From positions 4,571 to 44,294 of the forward strand of contig PLXL01000110.1 of the NCBI GenBank assembly GCA_003153215.1: DNA of 39,724 nt, read 5' to 3'. The notes beneath the pieces were generated by a model. It was not told where the DNA came from. It did not search any database and worked only from the letters and a program-made list of their open reading frames with translations. A program made the translations under genes and the position numbers. Source of the DNA: Candidatus Dormiibacterota bacterium. GTDB lineage: Bacteria > Chloroflexota > Dormibacteria > Aeolococcales > Aeolococcaceae. Positions 1 through 10,373 of the stretch are shown here, in pieces (within the stretch, counting starts at the first letter, position 1; the number at the start of each line of letters is the position of its first letter).

Positions 1-11
1 GAGACCGTAGC

Positions 12-1622
12 TCAGGAGCTGGAGGCCGGTGTCAGGAGCCCCGGGGGTATCTCGATCTCACGCTTGAGAATCTTCCCCTGGGCCCCTTTGGGGAGGTCGG
101 CAGCGAACCACACCAGGCGAGGGTACTTGTAGGGGGCGACCCGCTCCTTGACGAAGTCGCGCAGCTCGTCCGGAGTCGCTGAACTCCCTGGCTTGAGCAC
201 CACCACGGCTCCCACCTCCTCCCCCACCCGAGGATGGGGCACGGCAACCACTGCGCACTCCCGCACCGCAGGATGCTCGTAGAGCACCTCCTCGATCTCT
301 CTGGCGTAGACGTTGTAGCCACCCCGGATGATCACGTCCTTCTTGCGATCGACGATGAAGAAGTACCCATCGGCATCCATCCTGGCCAGGTCTCCGGTCC
401 GCAGCCAGCCGCCAGGTATCACAGCCTCGGCCGAGGCCTGGGGCTGGTGCCAGTACCCCTTCATCACGTTGGGCCCGCGAACCAGAATCTCGCCAACCAC
501 CCCCGTTGGCACGTCTCGCCCGCCGTCGTCGACGAGTCGCATCTCCACGCCGTCAATAGGGAGTCCAATGGAGCCAGGTTTGCGCACCCGATCAGGGCGA
601 TTGAAGCTCACCACCGGCGACGCCTCGGAGAGACCGTAGCCCTCCAGGATCGGGCAGCCGAAGGCGGCCTCGAAACCGCGGAGGACCTCCAAGGGCAGCG
701 GCGCCGCGCCGGAGACGCACAGCCGGAGGCTGGACGAGTCGAACTTCCGGTGCTCAGGATGGTTCAAAAGCGCCGCATACATGGCGGGCACGCCCTCGAA
801 GACGGTGACCCTGTCGCGCTGGATCAGCTCCAGCGCCGCCCCGGCATCGAACCTCGGCATTAGGCTGAGGCAGGCGCCGGCAACGACCGAGGTGTGCAGC
901 CCGCACGTCTGACCGAAGGAATGGAATAGAGGCAGAGCTCCGAAGACGATGTCGTGAGATCGCAGGTCGAGCATGTGCCTGAAGGTCGCGGCGTTGCTGC
1001 CCAGGTTATCGTGGCTGAGTTCGGCCCCCTTGGGCCGTCCGGTGGTCCCTGACGTGTACAGGATGACGGCGGTGTCGGCTCCACCCCGCACGCTCACCCC
1101 GGGGTCGGGCTCCACGCTGCCGAGCAGTCGAGAGTATCCCTCCGAGTCGAGCAACAGACACTCGGTGCCCGCCTCCCGAGCACCGGCCTCAGCCTCCTCC
1201 CGGCAATCCCGCCAGGCGAGGAGCAGCCGGGCTTCGGAATCGCGCAGCTGAAAGACGATCTCGCGCCGCTTGAACATGACGTTCACGGGAATGGCGATCG
1301 CCCCTGCGCGCAGCGCCCCGTAGAGAGCCACGGCGAACTCGGGCACGTTGGGCAGCATCAACGCCACGCGGTCCCCTTCGCCGACGCCGCGCACCTGGAG
1401 CAGACGCGATGCACGCGCGCTCAGATCAGCGAGCCGCTCGTAAGTGATGATCCTCGCGCCGTGGGCGATGGCTGGTCGCGCGCCGTGCAATCTGCCGGCC
1501 TGGACCAGGTTCCGCGCCAGATTCTCACCCACCGGCGTTTCCCTCCGGATCAATGTGAGTCGAGAAGCCGGTGCGACGGTCGCACGGGTGCCTGAGATGC
1601 TCCGCCACTCCGATCTCGGCAC
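12..1622 (-). CDS. AMP-dependent acyl-CoA synthetase / long-chain-fatty-acid--CoA ligase (FadD-like)
   Basis: 536-aa ORF with the AMP-binding signature YTSGTTGRPKGAELSH, then GYGLSE, TGDLARMDADGYFFIVDRKKD and a C-terminal KGAQGKILKREI. The true start is probably downstream of the first Met. Confidence 0.9.
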   Translation of the reverse strand: MPRSEWRSISGTRATVAPASRLTLIRRETPVGENLARNLVQAGRLHGARPAIAHGARIITYERLADLSARASRLLQVRGVGEGDRVALMLPNVPEFAVALYGALRAGAIAIPVNVMFKRREIVFQLRDSEARLLLAWRDCREEAEAGAREAGTECLLLDSEGYSRLLGSVEPDPGVSVRGGADTAVILYTSGTTGRPKGAELSHDNLGSNAATFRHMLDLRSHDIVFGALPLFHSFGQTCGLHTSVVAGACLSLMPRFDAGAALELIQRDRVTVFEGVPAMYAALLNHPEHRKFDSSSLRLCVSGAAPLPLEVLRGFEAAFGCPILEGYGLSEASPVVSFNRPDRVRKPGSIGLPIDGVEMRLVDDGGRDVPTGVVGEILVRGPNVMKGYWHQPQASAEAVIPGGWLRTGDLARMDADGYFFIVDRKKDVIIRGGYNVYAREIEEVLYEHPAVRECAVVAVPHPRVGEEVGAVVVLKPGSSATPDELRDFVKERVAPYKYPRLVWFAADLPKGAQGKILKREIEIPPGLLTPASSS

Positions 1623-1694
1623 GGGCGGATGGGCAGCCGGCCGTCAGAACGCAGCCGGCCATCCGCGCCGCTCTCGAGACCTGATCCTGCGGTT

Positions 1695-2369
1695 TTATCG
1701 GCGATGCGGTCCCAGCAGCGGAGCACCATGAGGCAGCGATGGACCGCCCATGGCCACCGAAGCCGCCCCGACGAACATGTATCCACCGATGGCGCAGAAC
1801 ACCAGCACCGCAGCCCCGGCCAGGTCGCTGAGCCCGGTCGACGGCGCGATGGTGTTGAGCAGGATCAGTGTCACCGCCACGGTGATAAAGCCGATGAAGG
1901 TGGTGAACACCAGGGGCCCTCGCATGCTGGCGAGGGTCAGCAGAGCGGCGACCACGAGGAAGGAGATCAAGAACAGCTGGGTCGCCTGGCCGATGGCGGT
2001 CGCCGGCACACCAAACCAGCCATGGAGCGCGCCGAGCGTCCAGACCGCGTAGCCCCACCAGAACGCGGAGAACACCCCCTGCACCCCCGCGTCATAGCTC
2101 CGGCCCAGGGAGCTCGACCAGATGCACGCGACCGTGAGGAAGAGTGCGGTTACCACGGCCAGCGGCACTAGTGCCCCCCCGGCCGCCGCCGGGTACCAGC
2201 CCACCAGTGAGAACCCCAGTCCCACCGAGGCGATGATGAAAATCGGCAGGGCCAGCACCGCGGGGTCGGCGGCCGGGGGAGCCTGCCGAGCAACGTGGTC
2301 ACCCGAGACAGCGCCAACTCCGGATCCGGCCACCGGAGCGTGTGCACTCACGTCAGTCATCCTTGTCAA
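1695..2369 (-). CDS. integral membrane protein, possibly GPR1/FUN34/YaaH (SatP-like) acetate channel family
   Basis: 224-aa ORF with about six hydrophobic segments. The FSAFWWGY stretch is reminiscent of the YGAFW motif of SatP-type channels. It sits inside an acyl-CoA/CoA-transferase operon. The family call is tentative. Confidence 0.5.
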   Translation of the reverse strand: MTRMTDVSAHAPVAGSGVGAVSGDHVARQAPPAADPAVLALPIFIIASVGLGFSLVGWYPAAAGGALVPLAVVTALFLTVACIWSSSLGRSYDAGVQGVFSAFWWGYAVWTLGALHGWFGVPATAIGQATQLFLISFLVVAALLTLASMRGPLVFTTFIGFITVAVTLILLNTIAPSTGLSDLAGAAVLVFCAIGGYMFVGAASVAMGGPSLPHGAPLLGPHRR

Positions 2370-2433
2370 CCCTCCGTGGTTTTGTCAAAGAGTTACCTGC
2401 CTTCTCCAGGCAGCGCAACCCAGTTCAGCCCGG

Positions 2434-2892
2434 TCAGCGGTAATAGCGGTAAAGGGTCTCGGCCATGCAGGCCGGCTTGCTGCCTCCCTCCAACTCGATT
2501 GTGGCCTCGATGACCGCTTGGACACCCCCGGATACGTCCTCCACCTGCTTCAGGGAGGCACCCAGGCGGACGCGCGAACCGACCGGCACTGGGGCCGGAA
2601 AGCGCACCCGGTTACACCCGTAGTTGACTGCGAGGCTGGTGCCCTGCACGTCGATAACCTCTTGGAGCAGCGGTACGACCAGAGAGAGCGTCAGGTAACC
2701 GTGGGCAACCGGGCCGCCGAAGGGGCCCGTCTTGGCCCGCTCGACATCCACGTGGATCCACTGATGGTCATCGGTGGCATCGGCAAACTGGTTGATCATC
2801 TCCTGGGTGACCTCTCGCCACTCGCTGTAGCCGAGATGGGATCCGGCCCTGGCCTTCAGGGCATCGATGCTGTCAAGGGCGGTTGCGGTCAT
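2434..2892 (-). CDS. MaoC-like (R)-specific enoyl-CoA hydratase / hot-dog fold dehydratase
   Basis: 152 aa with a typical MaoC N-terminal stretch, INQFADATDDHQWIHVDVERAK...GGPVAHGYLTLSL. Its start overlaps the upstream stop by 4 nt (2889-2892). Confidence 0.85.
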   Translation of the reverse strand: MTATALDSIDALKARAGSHLGYSEWREVTQEMINQFADATDDHQWIHVDVERAKTGPFGGPVAHGYLTLSLVVPLLQEVIDVQGTSLAVNYGCNRVRFPAPVPVGSRVRLGASLKQVEDVSGGVQAVIEATIELEGGSKPACMAETLYRYYR

Positions 2893-4907
2893 TGATGATC
2901 TCCTTGGCTGGGCCGTGGAGCAGCGGCTCCGGCCCCGACGGGACTGGCAGCCGGTGCCTCCGATTTCGGCCCTTGCTTCTTCCCAGCATCACCTCGCGGT
3001 GATCCGGGCGCACCGCCCTCGCGGGTGGCATGCCCGTCGGGGGGCTGGCCCGGCCATGCCCCATCACCACTGGGGTCCATGATCCCCTCTTCCAGCCAGC
3101 GGTCCTGGCCGTCGAGAACTCGCAGAGCGAGCTCGTGGTTCGCGCTGTCGTTGTTGGCCCAGAGCTCATGGAAGAGGCGCTCGACGCGGCGTCGAGCCTG
3201 CCGGCAGAAGAGGTCGGCGAGGTCCTCAACCTGCCCAGCACGGTCGGGCGACTCGCGCCTAATGGTTCGGGCGTACACCACGGCGGACGAGAGCGCGAAG
3301 AGCTCGGCTCCGATGTCGACCAGACGCGCGAGATAAGCCTGCTTGTCCTCCAGGCCCCCCTGCCACCTAGCCATACCGTAGAACGTCGACCTCGCCAGCT
3401 TGCGCGAGCTGCGCTCAGCGAATCGGAGGTGAGGGGCGAGCTTCCCAAACTCGCCGTAGGCACCCGGCCGCTGGCCCCTGCCCACCGCGAGCCTGGGCAA
3501 CCAGCGAGCGTAGAACCAGGCCGCCGGGGCGAGGGCCTTGGCCTTCTCCCGAAGGGTCGCGTCGGGAGCGATGAGCCTACCGGCAACCCGCAGGTGCTGG
3601 TCGACAGCTTCACGTGCGGTCGAGAGGTGCATCATCTGCGATGTCCCCTCGAAGATGCGGTACACCCGGGTGTCGCGCATCACCTGCTCGACGATGAGCG
3701 GCCTTTCACCTCGGCCACGCAGCGACTCGGCAGTCTCGTAGCCTCGCCCGCCGCAGACTTGGACCAGCTCGTCGACGACCTGCCAGCACAGTTCCGACGC
3801 GTACAGCTTGGCCAGTGCCGCCTCGATCCGAACGTCGTTGCGCTTCTCATCGGCGAGGCGGCTGGCCACATCGACCATAGCCTCAAGACCGAAGGCGCTG
3901 GCGGCGATGAAGGCGATCTTCTGAGCCACCTCGTCGTGCTGACCCACCGGCTTGCCCCACTGGACCCGCTGGCTGGCGAACTCCCGGGCGATCTTCGTCG
4001 CCCACTTGGCGGTCCCAGCTTGGATCCCGGGCAGGGAGAGACGTCCGGTGTTGAGGGTGCTCAGGGCAACCCGCAGCCCGTGCCCCTCAGACCCGATCAG
4101 GTGCGTCTTCGGCACGAAGACGTCCTGGAAGCGGGTGAGCGAGTTGTCCATCCCCCGCAGGCCCATGAAGGTGTTGCGGTGCTCCACGATCACACCCTCG
4201 TCGTGGTACGGCACGATGAAGGCGCTGATGCCGCCGCGGTGTCCCTCGCCCTTCGGAACCTTGGCCATGACCACGGCGACGTCGGCGATGTTGCCATTGG
4301 AGGCCCAGAGCTTCTCTCCGGTGATCCGATAGCCGGAGCCGTCCTCGGTGGGGATAGCGACGGTGGCGAGGCGCGCGGGGTCGGAGCCCACGTCGGGTTC
4401 GGTGAGGAGGAAAGCCGAGATGTGGGTCCGGGCCACCAGCGGAAGCCATTGCCGCCTCTGTTCCTCGGTCCCAAAGAGGAGAAGAGGCTCCCCGACCCCG
4501 ATCGACTGGTGCGCGGAGAGCAGCGCCGACAGCGACGGATGCCAGCTGCCGACCAGGGCCAGGACCTGGTTGTAGTAGACCTGGGAGAGGCCCAGGCCCC
4601 CGTACTCTTCGGGGATCTTCATCCCCAGTGCTCCCAGTTCCTTGAGGCCGTCGATGACCTCGGTTGGGATCCTGGCGTCTCGCTCGATCTGGGCCGGATC
4701 CACCTTCGTCTCCAGGAAGGCACGCATCCGGGTCAGGAACGCCTCACCCTTCCTCACCATTTCAGGATCGAGGCGCGGCTGAGGGAAGATCAGCTCGAGA
4801 CGGAAATGGCCGAGGAAGAGTTCCTTCCCGAAGCTGGGCAGCGCCCAGTCCTTCTGGCGCGCCGCCTCGGCGACCTTGCGGGACTCTCCCGCGGACACAC
4901 TAGTCAT
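2889..4907 (-). CDS. acyl-CoA dehydrogenase (long FadE-type with extra C-terminal helical domain)
   Basis: 672 aa with ACAD motifs LLTEPDVGSDPARL, KLWASNG and YRIFEGTSQMM. The tail is long and Pro/Gly/Ala-rich. Confidence 0.9.
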   Translation of the reverse strand: MTSVSAGESRKVAEAARQKDWALPSFGKELFLGHFRLELIFPQPRLDPEMVRKGEAFLTRMRAFLETKVDPAQIERDARIPTEVIDGLKELGALGMKIPEEYGGLGLSQVYYNQVLALVGSWHPSLSALLSAHQSIGVGEPLLLFGTEEQRRQWLPLVARTHISAFLLTEPDVGSDPARLATVAIPTEDGSGYRITGEKLWASNGNIADVAVVMAKVPKGEGHRGGISAFIVPYHDEGVIVEHRNTFMGLRGMDNSLTRFQDVFVPKTHLIGSEGHGLRVALSTLNTGRLSLPGIQAGTAKWATKIAREFASQRVQWGKPVGQHDEVAQKIAFIAASAFGLEAMVDVASRLADEKRNDVRIEAALAKLYASELCWQVVDELVQVCGGRGYETAESLRGRGERPLIVEQVMRDTRVYRIFEGTSQMMHLSTAREAVDQHLRVAGRLIAPDATLREKAKALAPAAWFYARWLPRLAVGRGQRPGAYGEFGKLAPHLRFAERSSRKLARSTFYGMARWQGGLEDKQAYLARLVDIGAELFALSSAVVYARTIRRESPDRAGQVEDLADLFCRQARRRVERLFHELWANNDSANHELALRVLDGQDRWLEEGIMDPSGDGAWPGQPPDGHATREGGAPGSPRGDAGKKQGPKSEAPAASPVGAGAAAPRPSQGDHQ

Positions 4908-4942
4908 GATCGCGATGCCCTCCTTTCAGGCTATGCCGACAC

Positions 4943-6574
4943 TCACTTCGACGTCCCCGCTGACGTGGCCTGCTTGGCCGTCTTCAGCGAACGTGCCACC
5001 GCCTTCTCCTGCTTGTCGAGGAGGAAGGCGCGCAGCCCTCCCCACTGCTCGTGAAAGATCTCGGCAGGCATCCGTGCAAGAGGTTCGGCGATCGCCGGAG
5101 TGAAGTCCATCTGGCCTAGCACGTCGCGCTCCAGGTCGATGCCCGGGGCGATCTCGGTCAACGTCATCTTCCCCTCGCGGAGTTCAAAGACGGCCCGCTC
5201 TGTCACATAGAGGACACGCTGCCCACGCCGGCCCGCCTCAGCCCCGCTGAAGGTGATCTGCTCCACCTGATCGAGGAACTTCTTATATTTGCCCTCTTGG
5301 ACGATCCGTATCTCGCCGTTCCCGGTGGCCACCTCAAGGCCACCGGCCGTGAACGAACCGCAGTACACAAGCGACTTGGCCGCCTGGCTGACGTCGATGA
5401 ACCCACCGGGGCCGACTGAGCGGCCACTGAAGCGGCTCACGTTGACATTGCCCTGGCGATCCGTCTGGGCCAGACCGAGGAAGCCGATGTCGAGACCTCC
5501 CCCGTTGTACCAATCGAACATCGCCTCCTGCTCGATGAGCGCCTCGGGGTTGGTGGAGGTACCGAAGTACAGGTACTTCCCGGGCGCGCCACCGATGGCG
5601 CCCGCCTCGGTGGTCAGCTTCACCAAGTCCACGACGTCCTCCTGGGCGACGACACTGCCCATGGCGTCGGGGTAGCCGAAGCCGCAGTTCAGTGTCGCTC
5701 CAGGACTGATCTCCATCATCGCCCGCCGCAGCACCACCAGCATCTCGTCCATGGGGAGCGGTGCCACGGCCGCCAGGGGAGCCTTGATCTGCCCTGACAT
5801 GGCCGGGTTGAACAGAGCCTCGGCGGACTGGGGGTGTAGCTCGGGAGACGAGGCCACGACCACGAAGTCCACCAGCGGCGAGGGGATGCGGACCATCTGC
5901 GGGTTCAGGGAGCCGGCACGAGCCCGGTACTTGACCTGGGCGATGACGATGCCACCGTTGTTCTTCGCCGCCTCGGCGAGGGTCAGCTGCCCGAGGAAGA
6001 GCGCCTCGTCCTCCATCGACAGGTTGCCCAGCTCATCGGCGGTGGTGGCTCGGATCACCGCCACATCCACGGGGAAGGCCGGGTAGAAGAGGTACTCCTG
6101 GCCGTCGAATTCGATGAACCGGACGTAGTCCTCCGTGGTCGCCGAGTTCCCCTTGCCACCCTCTAGGCGGGGATCGATGAAGGTGCCGATTCCCACCTTG
6201 GTGATCACCCCGGGGCGGTGACCGGCGATCTCCCGTACGAGCTGGGTCAGCGGCCCCTGGGGTACGAAGTACGCTTTGCAGCCGCCCTCCTGGACCAGCT
6301 TCTGCATGGCCGGCGACGCCGAGGTGTGTGCCCCCATCCACTTGGCGGTGAGGCCCTCGTGGCCCAGGTGGTGAAGGCCCTTGTCCTTGAAGTTTCCGAT
6401 CCCGGCGGGGTGGAAGACGGTCAGCTGTCGAGGGTGGCCCTTCTCAAGGAAGGCCTGCTCGATGGCAATTGCCACCTCCTCAGCGAAACCCGACAACTGG
6501 ATGCCGGTCCAGCCCACGGTCGCGCCATCGGAGATGTGAGTAACCGCCTCCTGGGCAGACAGGAATCGTGCCAT
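4943..6574 (-). CDS. family I CoA-transferase (acyl-CoA:acetate/3-ketoacid CoA transferase, YdiF/Pct-like)
   Basis: 543 aa. The fused alpha/beta CoA-transferase layout, GGLDIGFLGLAQTDRQGNVNVSRF and the overall length match propionate/acetate CoA-transferases. Confidence 0.85.
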   Translation of the reverse strand: MARFLSAQEAVTHISDGATVGWTGIQLSGFAEEVAIAIEQAFLEKGHPRQLTVFHPAGIGNFKDKGLHHLGHEGLTAKWMGAHTSASPAMQKLVQEGGCKAYFVPQGPLTQLVREIAGHRPGVITKVGIGTFIDPRLEGGKGNSATTEDYVRFIEFDGQEYLFYPAFPVDVAVIRATTADELGNLSMEDEALFLGQLTLAEAAKNNGGIVIAQVKYRARAGSLNPQMVRIPSPLVDFVVVASSPELHPQSAEALFNPAMSGQIKAPLAAVAPLPMDEMLVVLRRAMMEISPGATLNCGFGYPDAMGSVVAQEDVVDLVKLTTEAGAIGGAPGKYLYFGTSTNPEALIEQEAMFDWYNGGGLDIGFLGLAQTDRQGNVNVSRFSGRSVGPGGFIDVSQAAKSLVYCGSFTAGGLEVATGNGEIRIVQEGKYKKFLDQVEQITFSGAEAGRRGQRVLYVTERAVFELREGKMTLTEIAPGIDLERDVLGQMDFTPAIAEPLARMPAEIFHEQWGGLRAFLLDKQEKAVARSLKTAKQATSAGTSK

Positions 6575-7108
6575 CGTCGCTCTCCCAGTTCAAGGACGCC
6601 CAATTGCCGGAGCTCAGGCTATCGGGGCGCCTCCGCCTCTACCAGGGGAAGACATCCCTTTCCTCGATGGCCGGAACCCCCGGATACTGTCAACAACACA
6701 CTTGGGCGACAAAACGCAGAGACTTTAACCAAGCTGGCTTGTGGAGATCGCCAACTGCAGTGGCGTCGACGCCCCAGGGATGCGTGCCACGTGGCGAGCA
6801 GGGCCTAGGATTTGTGTCGTCACACGCGTCTCCCCAGTCCGCCGGCGGCCCTGGCCGGCGGTCAGACTCATCGTCCGCGATGGGAGCCAGGACGTTCGCC
6901 CACCCAGAGGATCACCCGGAGCGCCATCCGGTGATGCGGTCGGGCCGCTCCGCCGGACGGTGTTTCGGTCCGGCAGTGGCCCGGCGTGAGACCCTCAGCT
7001 CCGCTCAGGACACGAGCGCGTGGCGTCTCCTGTCGACCTCGGAAAGGTACGAGATCCTGCTGCCCTGCACAGAACCGACAACCGTGGTCCAGCCCGCTTT
7101 ATGAAGGG

Positions 7109-8482
7109 TTACAAACCTCCGGTGGTCATCTGGTCGCGTCCGGGGGTGAGCTGGATCAGCTTCAGGCCCAACTGGAACAGCAGCAAATCGTCGGGCATAT
7201 GGGGGTCACGTCCGGTGATCTTCCGGATCCGCCGCAGGCGGTAGACGACCGTGTTGGGGTGCACGGAGAGGCTTTCCGCACTCTTGGTGATGTTGAAGCC
7301 TGCATCGACAAACGCCCGCAAGGTGGCGATCAATTCAGAATGGTGCTGCGCATCGTAGGCAAGAAGGGGCGTCACGGTGTCGTCAAGGATCCTCTCGGCG
7401 TGGCGGCTGGAGCGAACGATGGAGTCGATGAGGACCTCATCGAAGGCCACGAGACGTCCCTGAGCCCCAGTCACCACCGCGATCGCCGCGGCTTCGACGG
7501 CCTCGCTGTAGCTGACCCCCAATGAGGCGAGGCCACGGTGGCAGCCGCTCACACCGACGCTGGCCCCCGCAGCCGCGACATCGCGGGCCAGGACGGAGCA
7601 CGCCTCCAGCGCGACCTCAACCTCGCTGGCATGCTCGAACGGGTAGAGCGCGACCACTTCCCCGTGACGCATCCCGACGAGGAGCGAGCCGGTGCGTGGG
7701 CGGAGCCGGCCACGCGCCCCTTCGATCACGCGGTGGAGTACCGCCCGGTTGGCGAGCGATTGGTCGGGCATCTCTTCGATCGGCGGCTCGTCGGTGCGAG
7801 CCACCACAACGAGGTAGCTCTGGCCCAGCCGCACGCGCAGGGAGCGTGCCAGCCGGCGGACCCGCTCCGAATCGCCATCACCCGCGATCAGCGCCTCGAG
7901 CAGGTCCTGTGTGACCACCTCGCGATCGCTCCAGACCGCCTGCAGTTCTTCCAGGTAGCCTCGGGAGGCGGACACCGACAGAAGGTCGACGTGCTCCATG
8001 ATCGGGGCAACCAGCGTCAGCGCAGCCTCGCGCTCGGCGGCGTTCTCCCGATCGGTGCAGGAGAGAACGGTCTGCCACAACACCTGGCCCCATAGCCGGA
8101 CCGCGTGCAGGAAAGAGTCAAGGGAGACGGCTTGGTGGACTCTCCGGGCGGCCCCGGCGTGGATAGCCTCGAACTCTTCCGAAATGGGAGGCCGACCACT
8201 CTCAAGATTGGCCACCGCGACCTGGAGCCCCGCCAGGGAGATGCCGTAAACGTCTCGGTACAGAAAGTCATGGTCGGCCAGCTTGTAGTCGACGATCTCC
8301 TCCCGATAGCGCTCGACCATCCGCTGCGCGATCGCCTCCAGCTGCCCAGACAGCCTGCCCACGATCACCCGCATCATGTCCTGCCCGACGACACCCGGCC
8401 CTTCGGGACCTGCGTTAGGACCGTGGGGGCCCCGACCCGCCACCTCCGCGCCCGGAGATCGGCTGCGCGCCACCGCCGGCAC
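7109..8482 (-). CDS. PucR/CdaR-family transcriptional regulator
   Basis: C-terminal PucR HTH: LIATLRAFVDAGFNITKSAESLSVHPNTVVYRLRRIRKITGRD. A more likely start is the internal Met at 8377 (MMRVIVGRL...). Confidence 0.85.
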   Translation of the reverse strand: MPAVARSRSPGAEVAGRGPHGPNAGPEGPGVVGQDMMRVIVGRLSGQLEAIAQRMVERYREEIVDYKLADHDFLYRDVYGISLAGLQVAVANLESGRPPISEEFEAIHAGAARRVHQAVSLDSFLHAVRLWGQVLWQTVLSCTDRENAAEREAALTLVAPIMEHVDLLSVSASRGYLEELQAVWSDREVVTQDLLEALIAGDGDSERVRRLARSLRVRLGQSYLVVVARTDEPPIEEMPDQSLANRAVLHRVIEGARGRLRPRTGSLLVGMRHGEVVALYPFEHASEVEVALEACSVLARDVAAAGASVGVSGCHRGLASLGVSYSEAVEAAAIAVVTGAQGRLVAFDEVLIDSIVRSSRHAERILDDTVTPLLAYDAQHHSELIATLRAFVDAGFNITKSAESLSVHPNTVVYRLRRIRKITGRDPHMPDDLLLFQLGLKLIQLTPGRDQMTTGGL

Positions 8483-8702
8483 CTCCCGAACCGAACTGTC
8501 GACCCTGTAGGGTGTACAAAACTGACCTTGCAGTCTAGCAGCCCGCCCTCGTAAGGCGTGAGGGCCGGGGACCGGCCAGTGGAATGGAGCCGATCAGCTG
8601 GAGCTGCAGCGGTGGGGCCCGGCTGATGTGCTGTTGCCACATGGTTGTCCGCCCCGCCGCGCACTGGGCAGCGCCCGGCGGGGGCTTCCCATCACGCCCA
8701 CA

Positions 8703-8825
8703 CCCGTGCAGCTTGCTGAGGTTGTGCCCGGTGCAGTGGAGCAACCACTCGTGCTCCGCCTTCTCCTCGTCGCGCAGCCAGATCTGGATCAGCCTCAGGG
8801 GGCCTGCTCTAACTTTGCGGTAGCG
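8703..8825 (-). pseudogene. C-terminal remnant of a DDE transposase (IS5/IS1182-like tail)
   Basis: A roughly 40-aa stretch, RYRKVRAGPLRLIQIWLRDEEKAEHEWLLHCTGHNLSKLHG, matches the usual transposase tail pattern LRGxEKVxxEWxLxCxxHNLxKL. No upstream catalytic region is present in the same frame. Confidence 0.45.
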
Positions 8826-8979
8826 TGCGCCACTCCGGCGTGGATGCTGGCACGATCCCCTCTCTGCTGCGGACCGCTCGAGCGACACGGCACTGGGCTG
8901 GCCCAGTGTCGGGGAATGTACCTTGAGGTCGACGCGGCCGGGCACCGGAAGCGCCATGGAAGGCAGAGGCCGACTGACC

Positions 8980-10290
8980 TTAGGCCTCCGGCTGGTCCCC
9001 CGGGGGGGACGGTACAGCCGGCGGCGAGGCAAGATCATTGGCGATCTCCACCAAGTCTCGGCCGTCGTCGGTAACCCACCACTCACCGCCGCGGATCGAG
9101 CGGGAGACGGCGGCGGCCTGGAGCACGATGAGCTGGGCCAGCCCCGAGACGCTGTACCGCTCGTGGTCAGATTCCCATTCGAGAGGGGCGGTCTCGTCGT
9201 TCCTCCATCGCGCCGTCCCGCGGACCGCCTCCGCCGCCACCCAGGCTTCGATGCTGGCCCTAATCTCCTCATTGACCCCCCGTGGGCGGAGGGTGAGAAC
9301 CGTGCCGTCGGTGATGACTGCGCTCCGAACCAACCGGGCCGTTGTCGAGATGTCCCTCTGACGCTGCTGCCTCTCCTCCGCTGAGCGCAACCGCGTCTGT
9401 TGCGGGGTCATGGCGAAGTCCTCGAGGCGGGGCGGCGGGAAGGCCTGCGTCACCGAGATGACGATGTCGTGCTCGCCTTTGTAGGCGCTGACCTTGACCA
9501 GCTTGATCTCGAGGCCGATCTCAGTGAGCCAGAGGGCCGCGCTTGTTACGGTCGCCGGGAAGTCGGCGGCCAGGATGGCTATACGGGGCTGCCGGAGCGT
9601 CTCAACGCTCAGGTCGCCGGCGTGGTCCTGCAGCTTGCGAAGGGCCTGCTCCTCGTCCATGCGGACACCGCGCTTGGTGCTCCAGGCGGCGTGGACGGCC
9701 GCCAGGGTATCGACGTTGAAGCGGCTCGCGAGAGCTGCGTATTTGATGGCCTGCATTTCGACCAAGTCGGGAGCGCGGTCGCGCTTGAGCTCGGCGAGGA
9801 GCAGCCGGCCGTCACGGGCGAGACCTAGGACATCGAGGCGGTCCGCAGTGGCGGCCGCCCGGGCTGAGCCAGCCCAGCGATCGAACTCGCTGGTCACGAT
9901 CAGGATGCCATCTCCGAGCATCTCGGGATGGGCGACCACCCACTCCTGCAGGTGGCTGCGCTCGCGAAGCCCGGCCTCTGCCAGGGTCAGAGGCTGGGCT
10001 GGCGAGGCTGTGCCCTCGGCCACCGTGAAAGTGAGTCCATCCGCCAGCGCGGTCGGGCGGGCGGCCGGCGGTCGGGTCCGACGCCGTGGGGCGCCCCGTG
10101 GGACGGGGGAGGCCGTGCTGACCGGCTTGCGGCCATCACCCGTGGAGGGCGCGGATGAGGTCTCGGGTGGCACGGCGGTGTCGGGCGCGCTTGGCATCCG
10201 CAAATTATCGCCGCCGGGCTCGACCTTTGTCCCGACCCGTGACCCCGTGGGAGGGGCTTGTCTCAGCTGCTCAGGTGTGGCACTGGTCAC
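8980..10290 (-). CDS. NucS/RecB-like PD-(D/E)xK nuclease-fold protein
   Basis: HLQEWVVAHPEMLGDGILIVTSEF...DRLDVLGLARDGRLLLAELKRDRAPDLVEMQAIKYAA has the D...ExK...QxxxY layout of NucS/DUF91-type nucleases. The N-terminal ~90 aa are Pro/Ala-rich, so the start is uncertain. Confidence 0.6.
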   Translation of the reverse strand: MTSATPEQLRQAPPTGSRVGTKVEPGGDNLRMPSAPDTAVPPETSSAPSTGDGRKPVSTASPVPRGAPRRRTRPPAARPTALADGLTFTVAEGTASPAQPLTLAEAGLRERSHLQEWVVAHPEMLGDGILIVTSEFDRWAGSARAAATADRLDVLGLARDGRLLLAELKRDRAPDLVEMQAIKYAALASRFNVDTLAAVHAAWSTKRGVRMDEEQALRKLQDHAGDLSVETLRQPRIAILAADFPATVTSAALWLTEIGLEIKLVKVSAYKGEHDIVISVTQAFPPPRLEDFAMTPQQTRLRSAEERQQRQRDISTTARLVRSAVITDGTVLTLRPRGVNEEIRASIEAWVAAEAVRGTARWRNDETAPLEWESDHERYSVSGLAQLIVLQAAAVSRSIRGGEWWVTDDGRDLVEIANDLASPPAVPSPPGDQPEA

Positions 10291-10373
10291 AATGATCGCT
10301 CTGACGCAACCAATCGGGGCGCCCCGTTCGCGGTGCTCGCCGCCGGGTTACTGACACTCTCCTCACCCGCTTT

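Noticed and set aside
3030-5054. 674-aa plus-strand ORF
   Set aside because: It is antisense to the clearly motif-bearing acyl-CoA dehydrogenase. Its Arg/Gly/Pro/Leu-rich junk-like sequence is typical of shadow ORFs in high-GC DNA.
6575-7108. 533-nt intergenic region with a TTGACA (minus strand, 6688-6693) upstream of the CoA-transferase operon
   Set aside because: There is no acceptable -10 at 16-19 nt spacing (CCATCG), so no promoter call. I also saw no tRNA-like or riboswitch-like pattern.
8535-9272. 245-aa ORF as an intact gene
   Set aside because: Only about 40 aa resemble a transposase tail. The rest is low-complexity and overlaps the 3' end of the NucS-like gene. It is treated as a remnant only.
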